From an uncultured Planctomycetia bacterium (GTDB taxonomy: Bacteria; Planctomycetota; MHYJ01; WSZJ01), in assembly GCA_964590435.1 (NCBI GenBank), contig CAZPWT010000005.1:67470-131469 (forward strand): a stretch of 64,000 nt of DNA, given 5' to 3'. Positions 52,111 to 61,330 of the stretch are shown piece after piece (position 1 is the stretch's first letter; each line of letters opens with the position of its first letter). Under the pieces are notes generated by a model. That model searched no databases. It had not been told where the DNA came from and saw only the letters and a list, made by a program, of their open reading frames with translations. A program made the translations under genes and the position numbers.

Positions 52111-54489
52111 ATGCACCGCCATGCCGCCGAAGTCCTCCTCCGGGATTGCTTCGGCCACCGGGACCGGGAGTCCCTCCTTGTCGTCGCCGAACCCGAATGC
52201 GCCCCGCTCGCGGAACGCATCGCCGGGGCGGCCCGCGACCGCGGCTACCCGGCGGCCCTCCTGGTCATTCCCAACCGCCCCGAAGGTTCGGAGCCCCCCG
52301 ATTTCGTGGTCGAGGCTCTCCGAGCCGCCAGCATCGCCCTCCTCCTCACCGCACGGCCGATGTCCGGCACAAAGGCGTTCCAGTCCCTCCGCGACTCCGG
52401 GCTGCGCGGGGCGGAAATCGCCGGGTTCTCCCCCGATGAGTTCATGCGCCTGCTGCAGGCGCCGACGTCGGACATCAGCTCGTGCGCGACGGCCCTCTCG
52501 GGCGCCGTCGAGCCGGGAAGCACCGTCAAGGTGACGGGCCCCGGAGGCACGCACCTCGAATTCGTGGCCGGCGCGGAACGCGAGATTCGCGACGGCGTCA
52601 TCCGCGAAAACGGGGAGTTCGGCGTCCTGCCCGGCGGCTGCGTCCGCTTCAATGTCGAACCCGGAACGCTCAAGGGAGACCTCCACGTCGACGTCTGGCC
52701 CCCGCCCTCGGGCGCCGGCCGCCTGACGCTGGCGTTCAACCGCGGCGCCCTCGGAGCCGTTTCCCACCCGGAGTTCCGCGAGGCCCTTCATGAGGGTGCC
52801 GTGGCCGATTCGATCGGCTTCGGCCTCAACGCGGCGGCGCGCCCGGGGCAATCCTCCGCGGAGTCGCTTCTGGCGGCCGGCACGGCCTTCGTCCGCCTCG
52901 TGCGCCCCGGCAACCGGAACGCGGGGCCGATGGAGTTCGTGTTCTCGTCCCCCGCGGTCGAGGTCGCCGGGGTGCCCGTGCCGAAGGCGGTGCTGGCGCC
53001 GCCCGCCCCGCGCGAGTTCATGCCCGGGCCGATCCCGGTCCAGCCGGCCGCGGCGCGCTCCGACGTCGACGTCCAGATCTTCCGCACGATCTTCGAGAAC
53101 TCCAACGAGCCCCAGTACGCCGTCGACCTCGAGCTCCAGCAGATCGTCCTCGTCAACGACGCCTGGCTCCGCCTCCTCGGCTACTCCCGCAGCCAGGTCA
53201 CCCAGGGCAAGATGCGCGTCGAGGACATCGTCGCCGACGAGTCCCGCGACCGGGTCGCCGAGAAACGCGCCCACCGCAAGAGCGTCCCCAGCGAGCGTTA
53301 TGAGCTCCGGGTCAAGTGCGCCGGCGGGGACAAGAAGCCCGTCGAGGTCTCCGTGCAGCGCGTGAAGGTCCAGGGGCGCGACATGGTCATCGGGACGATG
53401 CGCGACCTCACGACCCAGGAAAAGATGAAGAAGGACCTGACCGAGCGCGCCACGGACGCGATGCGCAAGACGCTCGAGATCTACGCCCTGACGGAGAAGA
53501 TCAAAAACGTTCCCAAGCTGACTCCCGCGCTCCTCTCCGGCGCGGACGAAGACGAGGTCCTTTCGCGCGCCGCGAAGATCCTGACGCAGAAGCCCGGCCT
53601 CTCCTACGCCGCGGCCGCCGTCTACCTCATCGATGGCCACTCCCTCGTGCAGCGCTTCCCCGTCCCCACCGCCCGCTCCGGGCCATCGCGGTTCGACATG
53701 GGCAAGGGACACCGGCTCGCGCGGATCGCCCGCGGCGAGGAAGTCGAGGTCGACTGGTCCGCCAGCTCGATCGCGATCCCGCTCCCCGGCCGCGATGGCG
53801 TCATCGGCGTCCTCGACGTCACGCTCGACGCGAAGGAAACCGAGGTGCTGGTCGGGCAGGGCGGCCACACCGTCCGCTCGGAATACCAGAACCTCCTGCT
53901 CTCCGTCGCCCAGATCATCGGGCTGGCCATCGAAAACCTCCGGCTCTACAACGTCGTCAAGGAACAGAGCGAGATCGACCAGCTCACCGGCGTCTTCAAC
54001 CGCCGCATGTTCGACCGCCGCCTCGCCGAGGAAGTCAAGCGCGCCCGCCGCTACGACCGCGAGCTCGCCCTCCTCATGATCGACCTCGACCATTTCAAGC
54101 AGGTCAACGACGGCTTCGGCCACCAGGAGGGCGACGAAACCCTCCGCCAGGTCTCCCAGTTCCTCCGCATCCAGTCCCGCAACGTCGACATCCTCAGCCG
54201 CTACGGCGGCGACGAGTTCTGCCTCCTCCTCCCCGAGTGCAACCTCTCCAACGCCCTCCAGAAGGCCGAGATCCTGCGCAAGCGCTTCGTCACCCGCAAG
54301 TTCTCCACCGTCGGCAAGGGGAACAAGACCGTCCGGCTCACCCTCTCCGTCGGCGTCGGCGCCCTCGGCGAGGACATGTCCACCGAGTACGAACTCGTCA
54401 AACTCGCCGACAGCGCCCTCTACAGGGCCAAGGGCCTCGGCCGCAACCGCGTCTGCGGGCCGGAAGCGCCGGCCGCGAAGGAAGCCTGA
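52111..54489 (+). CDS. Diguanylate cyclase: M29-aminopeptidase-like N-terminal domain, PAS, GAF-like, GGDEF
   Basis: The N-terminal 280 aa resemble aminopeptidase T/AmpS (M29). PAS block IFRTIFENSNEPQYAVDLELQQIVLVNDAWLRLLGY. GGDEF domain FNRRMFDRRL...DLDHFKQVNDGFGHQEGDE...RYGGDEFCLLL. Confidence 0.8.
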   Translation: MHRHAAEVLLRDCFGHRDRESLLVVAEPECAPLAERIAGAARDRGYPAALLVIPNRPEGSEPPDFVVEALRAASIALLLTARPMSGTKAFQSLRDSGLRGAEIAGFSPDEFMRLLQAPTSDISSCATALSGAVEPGSTVKVTGPGGTHLEFVAGAEREIRDGVIRENGEFGVLPGGCVRFNVEPGTLKGDLHVDVWPPPSGAGRLTLAFNRGALGAVSHPEFREALHEGAVADSIGFGLNAAARPGQSSAESLLAAGTAFVRLVRPGNRNAGPMEFVFSSPAVEVAGVPVPKAVLAPPAPREFMPGPIPVQPAAARSDVDVQIFRTIFENSNEPQYAVDLELQQIVLVNDAWLRLLGYSRSQVTQGKMRVEDIVADESRDRVAEKRAHRKSVPSERYELRVKCAGGDKKPVEVSVQRVKVQGRDMVIGTMRDLTTQEKMKKDLTERATDAMRKTLEIYALTEKIKNVPKLTPALLSGADEDEVLSRAAKILTQKPGLSYAAAAVYLIDGHSLVQRFPVPTARSGPSRFDMGKGHRLARIARGEEVEVDWSASSIAIPLPGRDGVIGVLDVTLDAKETEVLVGQGGHTVRSEYQNLLLSVAQIIGLAIENLRLYNVVKEQSEIDQLTGVFNRRMFDRRLAEEVKRARRYDRELALLMIDLDHFKQVNDGFGHQEGDETLRQVSQFLRIQSRNVDILSRYGGDEFCLLLPECNLSNALQKAEILRKRFVTRKFSTVGKGNKTVRLTLSVGVGALGEDMSTEYELVKLADSALYRAKGLGRNRVCGPEAPAAKEA

Positions 54490-54550
54490 AGGCGCACGCC
54501 GGGGACTTTCGGAGCCGGCGCAGCACGAACGGGCCGTTACAATGCCGCCG

Positions 54551-55402
54551 ATGCGCGCTTCCGCCTTCGCCCTCCTCCTCCTCGCCGCCGCCCCGTGCTT
54601 CGCCGGAGACACGCGCATCGAGCGGACCGTCGACTGGGAAGCGGAGCGTCCCGGGCAGCGCCCCGAGCGCACCAATCGCCGCGAGACGCTCTGGGTCGGC
54701 GAAGGGCGCGTCCGTTGCGACGACCGGGTCGGCAGGGAAACCTGGATCGTCCGCGGGGACCTCAAGGTGATCTGGCGCATCGACCACGCGCTTCGGACGT
54801 ACACGGAAACGACGTACGAGGAAGCGGCGAAGGGGCGCGCGGCGGCCGCCGCGGACGTGAAGGCGGCGCTGGCGCGCGTCGCGGGAAGCGGCGACGAGGC
54901 CGGACTGCAGCGCTTCGTGGAGGCGCTGGAACCCGCGGAAGCCGAGGGCGCGCTGACGGAATCGGGGGACGGCGGGATGGTGGCGGGGAAGGCGACAAAG
55001 GCGGTGGCGTTCGAGGCGAAAGGCGCGCCGCCCGTGAAAGGGAAACTGGCGGCAGGATCCGACCGGCTGGCGAAAGTCCTCGGGGAAGCGGGCGTGCTGG
55101 CGCCGGCGGTCGCGGCGGCGCTGGCGAAATCGAAAGGGATACTGCTGGCCGGATCATGGACGCTGGTGTTTGCGGACGCGGTGGTGCGCGAGACGTTCGA
55201 AACGACGAAGGTGGAGGAGGCGGCCGCGCCCGAGGGGACGTACGACCTCCCCGCGGGGTATCGCAAGGTGGCGGGGCCCGCGATGGGCCGCGCGCCGCGC
55301 GGCGAACTGGCGCCCCCCGGCGGCTTCGAGGGCGACGCGCCCGGCACCGAACCCGAGCCCGGCGAAGGGCCTGCGGGCGAAGAGGCGGGGAAGGACGAGT
55401 AA
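54551..55402 (+). CDS. Secreted hypothetical protein with an acidic C-terminal tail
   Basis: Signal peptide MRASAFALLLLAAAPCFA; the C-terminus GDAPGTEPEPGEGPAGEEAGKDE is acidic. Confidence 0.5.
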   Translation: MRASAFALLLLAAAPCFAGDTRIERTVDWEAERPGQRPERTNRRETLWVGEGRVRCDDRVGRETWIVRGDLKVIWRIDHALRTYTETTYEEAAKGRAAAAADVKAALARVAGSGDEAGLQRFVEALEPAEAEGALTESGDGGMVAGKATKAVAFEAKGAPPVKGKLAAGSDRLAKVLGEAGVLAPAVAAALAKSKGILLAGSWTLVFADAVVRETFETTKVEEAAAPEGTYDLPAGYRKVAGPAMGRAPRGELAPPGGFEGDAPGTEPEPGEGPAGEEAGKDE

Positions 55403-55403
55403 C

Positions 55404-55533
55404 GACGAGTTGCGAGTTACGGGTTGCGGGTTGCGAGGGACAGCCCTGACGCCGGCGGTGGGCGTGAGACCACCCGCGCGATCCGGCACTTCTCGCAACC
55501 CGGAACTCGCAACTCGCAACTCGTCTTTTTGCT
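55404..55533 (+). terminator. GTTGCG hexamer-repeat hairpin followed by a T-run; intrinsic terminator for the upstream gene and a member of the hexamer-hairpin repeat family
   Basis: acgagttgcgagttacgggttgcgggttgcgag ... ctcgcaacccggaactcgcaactcgcaactcgt cttttt. Confidence 0.7.
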
Positions 55534-55548
55534 AACGTACCGCCCCTC

Positions 55549-56124
55549 ATGTCCGACCCCAAACACGACATCGCATTGATGCACCGCGTCAAAACCGGCG
55601 ACCGCGCCGCGTTCGGGGAACTCTACGAACTCCACAAGGGCCCGATCTTCTCGTTCCTGTTCCGCCTGTCGTGGGACAAGGTCGTCGCCGAGGACTGCCT
55701 CCAGGAAGTCTTCATCGCCGTCTGGAAGGCCGCCCCGAACTGGGAGCCGACCGCGCAGGTGAACACCTGGATGTTCCGCATCGCGCGCAATATCTGGATC
55801 AACGAGGGGCGCAAGTCGAAGCGCCGCCCGACGCTCTTTTCGTTCCTGGGGCCGGCCGACGAGGAGCAGCCGCAGCCGGATTTCGCCGACGACGAGGCCG
55901 GCCCGGAGGAGTCCGCCCTGTCGCAGGAAGCGCGCGGCGCGGTGCGCAAGGCGATCGACCAGCTCCCGGAGCACGAGCGGATGGTCGTGCTGCTGAGCGA
56001 ATTCGAAGGGATGAAGTACGCCGAGATCGCCGAGGTGCTGGACATCCCGGTAGGCACGGTCAAGAGCCGCATGTCGAGCGCGAGCGAGCGGCTGCGCGGA
56101 CTGCTGCGCAAATACCAGTCGTGA
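55549..56124 (+). CDS. ECF-subfamily sigma-70 factor (orphan: no adjacent anti-sigma gene on the same strand)
   Basis: Region 2 EDCLQEVFIAVWKA / NTWMFRIARNIWIN; region 4 KYAEIAEVLDIPVGTVKSRM. Confidence 0.85.
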   Translation: MSDPKHDIALMHRVKTGDRAAFGELYELHKGPIFSFLFRLSWDKVVAEDCLQEVFIAVWKAAPNWEPTAQVNTWMFRIARNIWINEGRKSKRRPTLFSFLGPADEEQPQPDFADDEAGPEESALSQEARGAVRKAIDQLPEHERMVVLLSEFEGMKYAEIAEVLDIPVGTVKSRMSSASERLRGLLRKYQS

Positions 56125-56215
56125 GTGGTCACGAGTGAGGCGCCGATTGCGGCGTTCGGCGCCGTCACTCAACACTCAAATCTCACCACTCAACACTCCC
56201 CAGGCGCGGCGAAAG

Positions 56216-57127
56216 CTACTTCTTCTTCGCAACCTTGGGCGCAACCGGAGCCGCGGGCGAAGTCGAAAGGCCGTACGCCTTCATCGTCGCCTTCAGCTTC
56301 TCCTCGTTCGCCGGGTCGATCTCGCAGAGCGGCAGGCGCAGCTCGCGCGTGATCTTCCCCTGGAGCGCCAGCGCGGTCTTGACCGGGCCGGGGCTGGACT
56401 CGATGAAAACGGCCTTGATGAGCGGGAAGAGCTTCTGGTGGATCTTCAGCGCCTTCGCGTAGTCGCCCTTCAGCGCAGTCGCGACGAGCGCCTTGACGTC
56501 GGCGGGGACGAGGTTTGACACGACGGAAACGACGCCCTGCGCGCCGCACGCCATGAATGGGAGCGTGAGCGAATCGTCGCCGGACAGGACGGTGAGGCCG
56601 CACGAGGCGGCGATCTGCGTCACGGCGTCGCACGATCCCGACGCCTCCTTGACCGCGACGATGTTCCTGTGCGACGCGAGGCGGATGATCGTCTCCGGCG
56701 CCATGTTCACGCCGCTGCGCCCCGGGATGTTGTAGAGCATGATCGGGAGGTTCACGGCGTCGGCGACCGCGCGGAAATGCGCCGTCAGCCCCGCCTGCGT
56801 CGGCTTGCTGTAGTACGGCACGACGAGCAGCAGCCCGTCGCACTTCGCTTCCTTCGCCGCCTTCGAGAGCTCGATCGTGTGGTGCGTGTCGTACGTCCCG
56901 GTGCCGGCCAGCACCTGCACGCGCTTCTTCGCCCGCTCCACCACGAACTTGAAGATCGCGGCCTTCTCGTCGTCGTGCAGCGTCGGCGCTTCGCCGGTCG
57001 TGCCGCACGCCACGATCGCGTCGGTCCCGCCGGCGACCTGGTCCTCGATGAGCCCCTCGAACGCCTTCCAGTCGATCGTGCCGCCGCGGAACGGCGTGAC
57101 GATGGCCGTCGTGCTGCCCTCGAACAC
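56216..57127 (-). CDS. dapA: 4-hydroxy-tetrahydrodipicolinate synthase
   Basis: IVTPFRGG...GTTGE...; catalytic-Lys region NIVAVKEASG; a 20-aa Ala/Pro/Lys-rich C-terminal tail. Confidence 0.88.
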   Translation of the reverse strand: MFEGSTTAIVTPFRGGTIDWKAFEGLIEDQVAGGTDAIVACGTTGEAPTLHDDEKAAIFKFVVERAKKRVQVLAGTGTYDTHHTIELSKAAKEAKCDGLLLVVPYYSKPTQAGLTAHFRAVADAVNLPIMLYNIPGRSGVNMAPETIIRLASHRNIVAVKEASGSCDAVTQIAASCGLTVLSGDDSLTLPFMACGAQGVVSVVSNLVPADVKALVATALKGDYAKALKIHQKLFPLIKAVFIESSPGPVKTALALQGKITRELRLPLCEIDPANEEKLKATMKAYGLSTSPAAPVAPKVAKKK

Positions 57128-57130
57128 GGT

Positions 57131-57841
57131 CTACCTCCTCATCCGGTTTTTCATTTCGCGCACGGCCGCCGGCATGCCGGTCGCCACCGCGCGCGCCACG
57201 ATCGAGTGGCCGATGTTCAGCTCCTCGATTTCGGGGATGCGGACGATAGCCGCAACGTTCGCGACGTTCAAGCCGTGACCCGCGGCGACCTCGATGCCGT
57301 GGCCTGAGGCGAACCGGGCGCAGCGGGCGATCCGGAGAAGTTCCCGGAGGCGGGCGCGCAGGCTGGGAGCGTCGGCGTATCCGCCGGTGTGGAATTCGAC
57401 CGCGATCGCGCCGAGGCGGATGGACGCCTCGACCTGCCGCTCGTCCGCGCCTATGAACATCGAGACGCCGATGCCGGCTTCGTGGAATCGGCCGACGGCG
57501 CGCTTCAGCCGTGCGCCGCCGCGGGCGACATCGAGGCCGCCCTCGGTGGTGAGCTCCTGCCGGCGCTCGGGGACGAGCGTGACGCGCTCCGGCTTCACCG
57601 CCAGCGCGACCTTCATCACCGTCGGCGAAATCGCCATCTCCATGTTCAGCCGCTTCACCGCCGCCTTCAGCCGCCGGATGTCGTCGTCCTGGATGTGACG
57701 CCGGTCCTCGCGGAGGTGGGCGACGATCGAGTCCGCGCCGGATTTCATCGCCTGCCGCGCCGCCTCGACGGGGTCCGGGTACCCGGCGTGACGCTGCTGC
57801 CGGAGGGTTGCAACGTGGTCGATGTTGACGCCGAGGCGCAT
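57131..57841 (-). CDS. pdxJ: Pyridoxine 5'-phosphate synthase
   Basis: MRLGVNIDHVATLRQQR...DSIVAHLREDRRHIQD...VEFHTGGY: canonical PdxJ blocks. Confidence 0.9.
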   Translation of the reverse strand: MRLGVNIDHVATLRQQRHAGYPDPVEAARQAMKSGADSIVAHLREDRRHIQDDDIRRLKAAVKRLNMEMAISPTVMKVALAVKPERVTLVPERRQELTTEGGLDVARGGARLKRAVGRFHEAGIGVSMFIGADERQVEASIRLGAIAVEFHTGGYADAPSLRARLRELLRIARCARFASGHGIEVAAGHGLNVANVAAIVRIPEIEELNIGHSIVARAVATGMPAAVREMKNRMRR

Positions 57842-59292
57842 TAGCCGAGCGCCTCACGGATCGCCGCTTCCAGCTCCCCTGCCATCTTCTCGATCTTCAC
57901 CTGGTCGTCTCCCTCGATCATGACGCGCGCGACGGGCTCGGTGCCGCTATAGCGCAGCACGAGCCGCCCTTTCGCGCCGAGCTTTTTCTCGATCTTCTTG
58001 CGGGCCTCGACGATGGCCGGGACCGACTCGAATGCGGGCTTCGACACCACGCGGACGCTGCGCAGCACCTGCGGCAGCCGCGTCAGGCAGCGGCAGAGGT
58101 CGCTCCAGGATTTCCCGAAGTGGTGCATGGCGCGGAGGACCTGCAGGGCGGAGAGCAGGCCGTCGCCGGTCGTGGAGTCCTCGAAGAACAGGATGTGCCC
58201 CGACTGCTCGCCGCCGATGAGGAGCCCCTCGGCCTGCATCGCCTGCGAGACGTAGCGGTCGCCGACTTTCGCGCGCACGAGCCGGATCCCCTCGGCCTTG
58301 AGCGACAGCTCGAGCCCGAGGTTCGACATCTCGGTGCCCACGACGACCGCCGGGTCCAGTTTCCCCTGCGCCTTCAGCATCCGCGCGCACACCGCCAGCA
58401 CGTAGTCGCCGTCCCGCACCGCGCCCTTGTCGTCCACGACGATGAGCCGGTCGCCGTCGCCGTCGAAGCACAGCCCCAGGTCGGCCTTCTCCTCCTTCAC
58501 CTTCTTCCCCAGCGCGTCCGGGTGAAGCGCCCCGCACCCGTCGTTGATCTTCGCACCGTCCGGGTCCACCCCCGTCGCCACGACCTTCGCGCCCAGCGCC
58601 TCCAGCACCCACGGCGCCGCCGCGCGCGTCGCCCCGTTCGCGCAGTCCAGCACCAGCTTCATCCCCTTCAGCGACAGCCCCCACTCCCGCGCCCGGTCCA
58701 CCAGGTCCCGGCTGTACTTCCCCGCCGCCGTCGACAGCTTCGTCTCCCCGTCCACCCCCGTCTCCAGCGCCAGATCCCCCACCTCCGGCCCCGTCAGCGC
58801 TTCCGGCACCCCCGCCCTCATCAACGCCTCGATCCTCTCCTCCGCCGCGTCCGGGATCTTGAACCCCTCCGGCGAGATCAGCTTGATGCCGTTGTCGGGG
58901 GCGGGATTGTGGGAAGCGCTGACGACGACGCCGAGGGCGGCGCCGGTTTCGCGGACGACGTGGGCGATCGCCGGTGTCGGGAGGACGCCGCTTTCGAAGA
59001 CGTTGACGCCCTGTGAGAGGAGGCCGGCGCTGAGGGAAGCGCTGATCATGGGGCCGCTGAGGCGGGTGTCGCGGCCGATGAGGACGCGGTCGCGGAGGTT
59101 GGGGCGCTTGAACGCGTGGGCCGCGCCGTACGCCGCCCGCGGGACGCTGTGCGGCGGGCGGGACGAGAAGATGGCGCGCTCGTTCCGCAGCAGCCAGCCG
59201 ATCGCCTGCCCCAGCCGCGCCAGCGGGACCGGCGTCAGCACCTTCGTGTTCGCCGTGTCGCGGATCCCGTCCGTGCCGAAGAGTTTTTCCAC
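57841..59292 (-). CDS. glmM: Phosphoglucosamine mutase (with a ~30-aa insertion near the N-terminus)
   Basis: FGTDGIRD; phosphoserine loop SASHNPAPDNGIKL; Mg site FDGDGDRL. An insertion RNERAIFSSRPPHSVPRAAYGAAHAFKRPNL sits before the GRDTRLSG block. Confidence 0.88.
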   Translation of the reverse strand: MEKLFGTDGIRDTANTKVLTPVPLARLGQAIGWLLRNERAIFSSRPPHSVPRAAYGAAHAFKRPNLRDRVLIGRDTRLSGPMISASLSAGLLSQGVNVFESGVLPTPAIAHVVRETGAALGVVVSASHNPAPDNGIKLISPEGFKIPDAAEERIEALMRAGVPEALTGPEVGDLALETGVDGETKLSTAAGKYSRDLVDRAREWGLSLKGMKLVLDCANGATRAAAPWVLEALGAKVVATGVDPDGAKINDGCGALHPDALGKKVKEEKADLGLCFDGDGDRLIVVDDKGAVRDGDYVLAVCARMLKAQGKLDPAVVVGTEMSNLGLELSLKAEGIRLVRAKVGDRYVSQAMQAEGLLIGGEQSGHILFFEDSTTGDGLLSALQVLRAMHHFGKSWSDLCRCLTRLPQVLRSVRVVSKPAFESVPAIVEARKKIEKKLGAKGRLVLRYSGTEPVARVMIEGDDQVKIEKMAGELEAAIREALG

Positions 59293-59293
59293 G

Positions 59294-60370
59294 TTATTTC
59301 GGAGGCTCCGTTTTTGCGCGCCGGCGGAAAGTGACGACGGTTTCCGGCTTCTCGGGCTTGCGGATGGTCACGTCGAGGTCGGCGCTGCCGGGAAAGGCGG
59401 AGCGGAAGCGCCATTCGAGGGGACGCGTGGCGATGAGTTCCTTGTCGTCGACGGGCTGGCATTCTTCCGGGCGCATCCCGGCGATGTCGACGAAGACGAC
59501 GAGGAGCTCGGGGCGGGACTTGAGCTCTGTGATCGCCGACGCCGGCCCCCGGACGCGGACTTCCGCTTCCCGCGTGGCGGGCGCGGCGAGGTAATCGTTC
59601 GGGTAGTCGGCGCCCTGGACGAGGTCGACGCGCGCGGTGAACACGGCTTCCTGGGGTTCCTCGGCGATGTCGACGATGACGGACACCTGGGTGGTCGTGG
59701 ACACGGCGTGGCCGTCGAGCGACCCGGAGACTTCCGCTGCGAGCTGGTGGCGCCCCGCGGGAAGTCCGTCGATCTTGACGGGGACGATGGGGATGGCGGA
59801 GAAGCGCGAGAGCACGGACCGGGGCCCGAAGACCTCGACGGTCGCGGGGATGACCTGGACGGCGGCCACGCGGAGGCCTGCGGCGGGCTTCCCGTCGCAC
59901 AGCCCCGCGCCGGGAGGATCGCCGGGGCGCAGCTCCTTGGCCGCCGCCACGCTCAGGTAACGCCGGGACCGGTGGTCCAGCCGGACGCGCACCCGCGCCG
60001 GCTTTGCGGCGACCAGCCGGAATTTGGGAGGCAGGAGGAGGGTGTCTTCCGTGACCTCGAACGTCACCGTGACCGGCGTCTCGCTTCCGGGCGCCAGCTC
60101 GACGGTGGGAGCAAGCCGGAGTTCGCGGAGGCGGGCGCGTTCGCCGCGGGGGCCGTTCAGGGTGACCTCGATCGAGGCGCACGGGGCGCCCGACTCGTCC
60201 TCGATGGAGAGGACCTCGACGTCGGCGCCGCGCTGGAGGTCGATGCGCGCGGCGGCCTTCGCCTGCTCGGTGGATTCGCGATAGACGGAGACCCAGGTCA
60301 CGACCGCGAGCGCCAGCGCCAGGAGGCGGTTCTTGAAGTCGGAGAAGAAGAGCGCGTGGAGGATGTTCAC
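59294..60370 (-). CDS. cdaR: YbbR-domain protein CdaR (regulator of diadenylate cyclase CdaA)
   Basis: GTG start VNILHALFFSDFKNRLLALALAVVTWV (TM anchor) overlaps the cdaA stop (GTGA); repeated YbbR-like beta domains. The listed upstream 5' part of the ORF is Arg/Pro low complexity without signal. Confidence 0.65.
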   Translation of the reverse strand: MNILHALFFSDFKNRLLALALAVVTWVSVYRESTEQAKAAARIDLQRGADVEVLSIEDESGAPCASIEVTLNGPRGERARLRELRLAPTVELAPGSETPVTVTFEVTEDTLLLPPKFRLVAAKPARVRVRLDHRSRRYLSVAAAKELRPGDPPGAGLCDGKPAAGLRVAAVQVIPATVEVFGPRSVLSRFSAIPIVPVKIDGLPAGRHQLAAEVSGSLDGHAVSTTTQVSVIVDIAEEPQEAVFTARVDLVQGADYPNDYLAAPATREAEVRVRGPASAITELKSRPELLVVFVDIAGMRPEECQPVDDKELIATRPLEWRFRSAFPGSADLDVTIRKPEKPETVVTFRRRAKTEPPK

Positions 60371-61173
60371 AGGGCCGCCGCCGCAGTGGAGGCCGGGCCG
60401 CCGGACTTTTCCTGGCCGCGGAACAGGTCGCGCAGTCGGCTCTCGAGCTCGTCCTTGTCGAGGTCCTGCGACAGGACGCCACGGGCGCCGAGGGAAACCT
60501 TGCCGGTCTCTTCCGAGACGATGAGCGTGACGGCGTCCGTCTCCTCCGTCAGGCCGATCCCGGCGCGGTGGCGCGTCCCGAGGCTCCGCGCGACGTCGGG
60601 GTTGTCCGTGAGCGGGAAGAGGCATCCCGCGGCGGCGACGCGGTCGCCGATGACGATGATGGCGCCATCATGAAGCGCGGCGCCGGGGTAGAAAATCGTC
60701 TCGAGGAGCTCCGCGGTCACCTCGGCGTCCATCTTCACGCCGCCTTCGACGTACTGCGCAAGGCTGGAGTCGCGCTGGATGGCGATGAGCGCGCCGATGC
60801 GGTTCTTGGAGAGGCGCGAGCAGGCCTTCACGATCTCCTCGACGGGGACGGACTCGGTCTTGAGGAGGGGGAAGAGGAACCGGCCTTGGCCGAGGCGGAC
60901 GAGGGCGCGGCGGAGCTCGGGCTGGAAGATCACGGCCAGGATGATGACGAGCGCCGGGACGATCCCCTGGAGCATCGCGCGGATGCGGTCGAGCTCGAAG
61001 CGGATGGTGACTTCCATGAGGACGATGAAAGCGACGACGAAGACGACGAGGATGCCGCGGACGAGCCCTGCGCCGCGGGAGCCCTCGAAGGAGCGGAGGA
61101 TCCAGTAGAAGAAGACGAAGAGGAGGATGATCTCGACGATGGCGCGGATCGCGTCGACGCCTGAGAGGAGGTT
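60367..61173 (-). CDS. cdaA: Diadenylate cyclase CdaA (DisA_N/DAC domain), membrane-anchored
   Basis: Start MIQNLLSGVDAIRAIVEIILLFVFFYWILR (three TM helices); DAC-domain motifs GALIAIQRD, ALHDGAIIV, RHRAGIGLTEETDAVTLIVSEETG. Confidence 0.85.
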   Translation of the reverse strand, partial: NLLSGVDAIRAIVEIILLFVFFYWILRSFEGSRGAGLVRGILVVFVVAFIVLMEVTIRFELDRIRAMLQGIVPALVIILAVIFQPELRRALVRLGQGRFLFPLLKTESVPVEEIVKACSRLSKNRIGALIAIQRDSSLAQYVEGGVKMDAEVTAELLETIFYPGAALHDGAIIVIGDRVAAAGCLFPLTDNPDVARSLGTRHRAGIGLTEETDAVTLIVSEETGKVSLGARGVLSQDLDKDELESRLRDLFRGQEKSGGPASTAAAAL

Positions 61174-61282
61174 CTGGATCATCCGGGGTCCCGAAGGAGG
61201 AGGCGAAAAGGGACGTGGGCTGGACGGATCATACCGGGGGGAGCGGGAGGAGGGAATGCGGGAGTTTGGACGGAAAAGACGA

Positions 61283-61322
61283 ATATTCAATAGTCAATAT
61301 TGAATATGAAATATTGAATGAT
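61283..61322. promoter_or_regulatory. AT-only repeat/palindrome cluster ~110 bp upstream of cdaA
   Basis: gaATATTCAATAgtcaaTATTGAATATgaaATATTGAATgatcg: an inverted pair ATATTCAATA / TATTGAATAT plus a third direct copy, within 70 % GC DNA. Confidence 0.55.
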
Positions 61323-61330
61323 CGTTGGCG

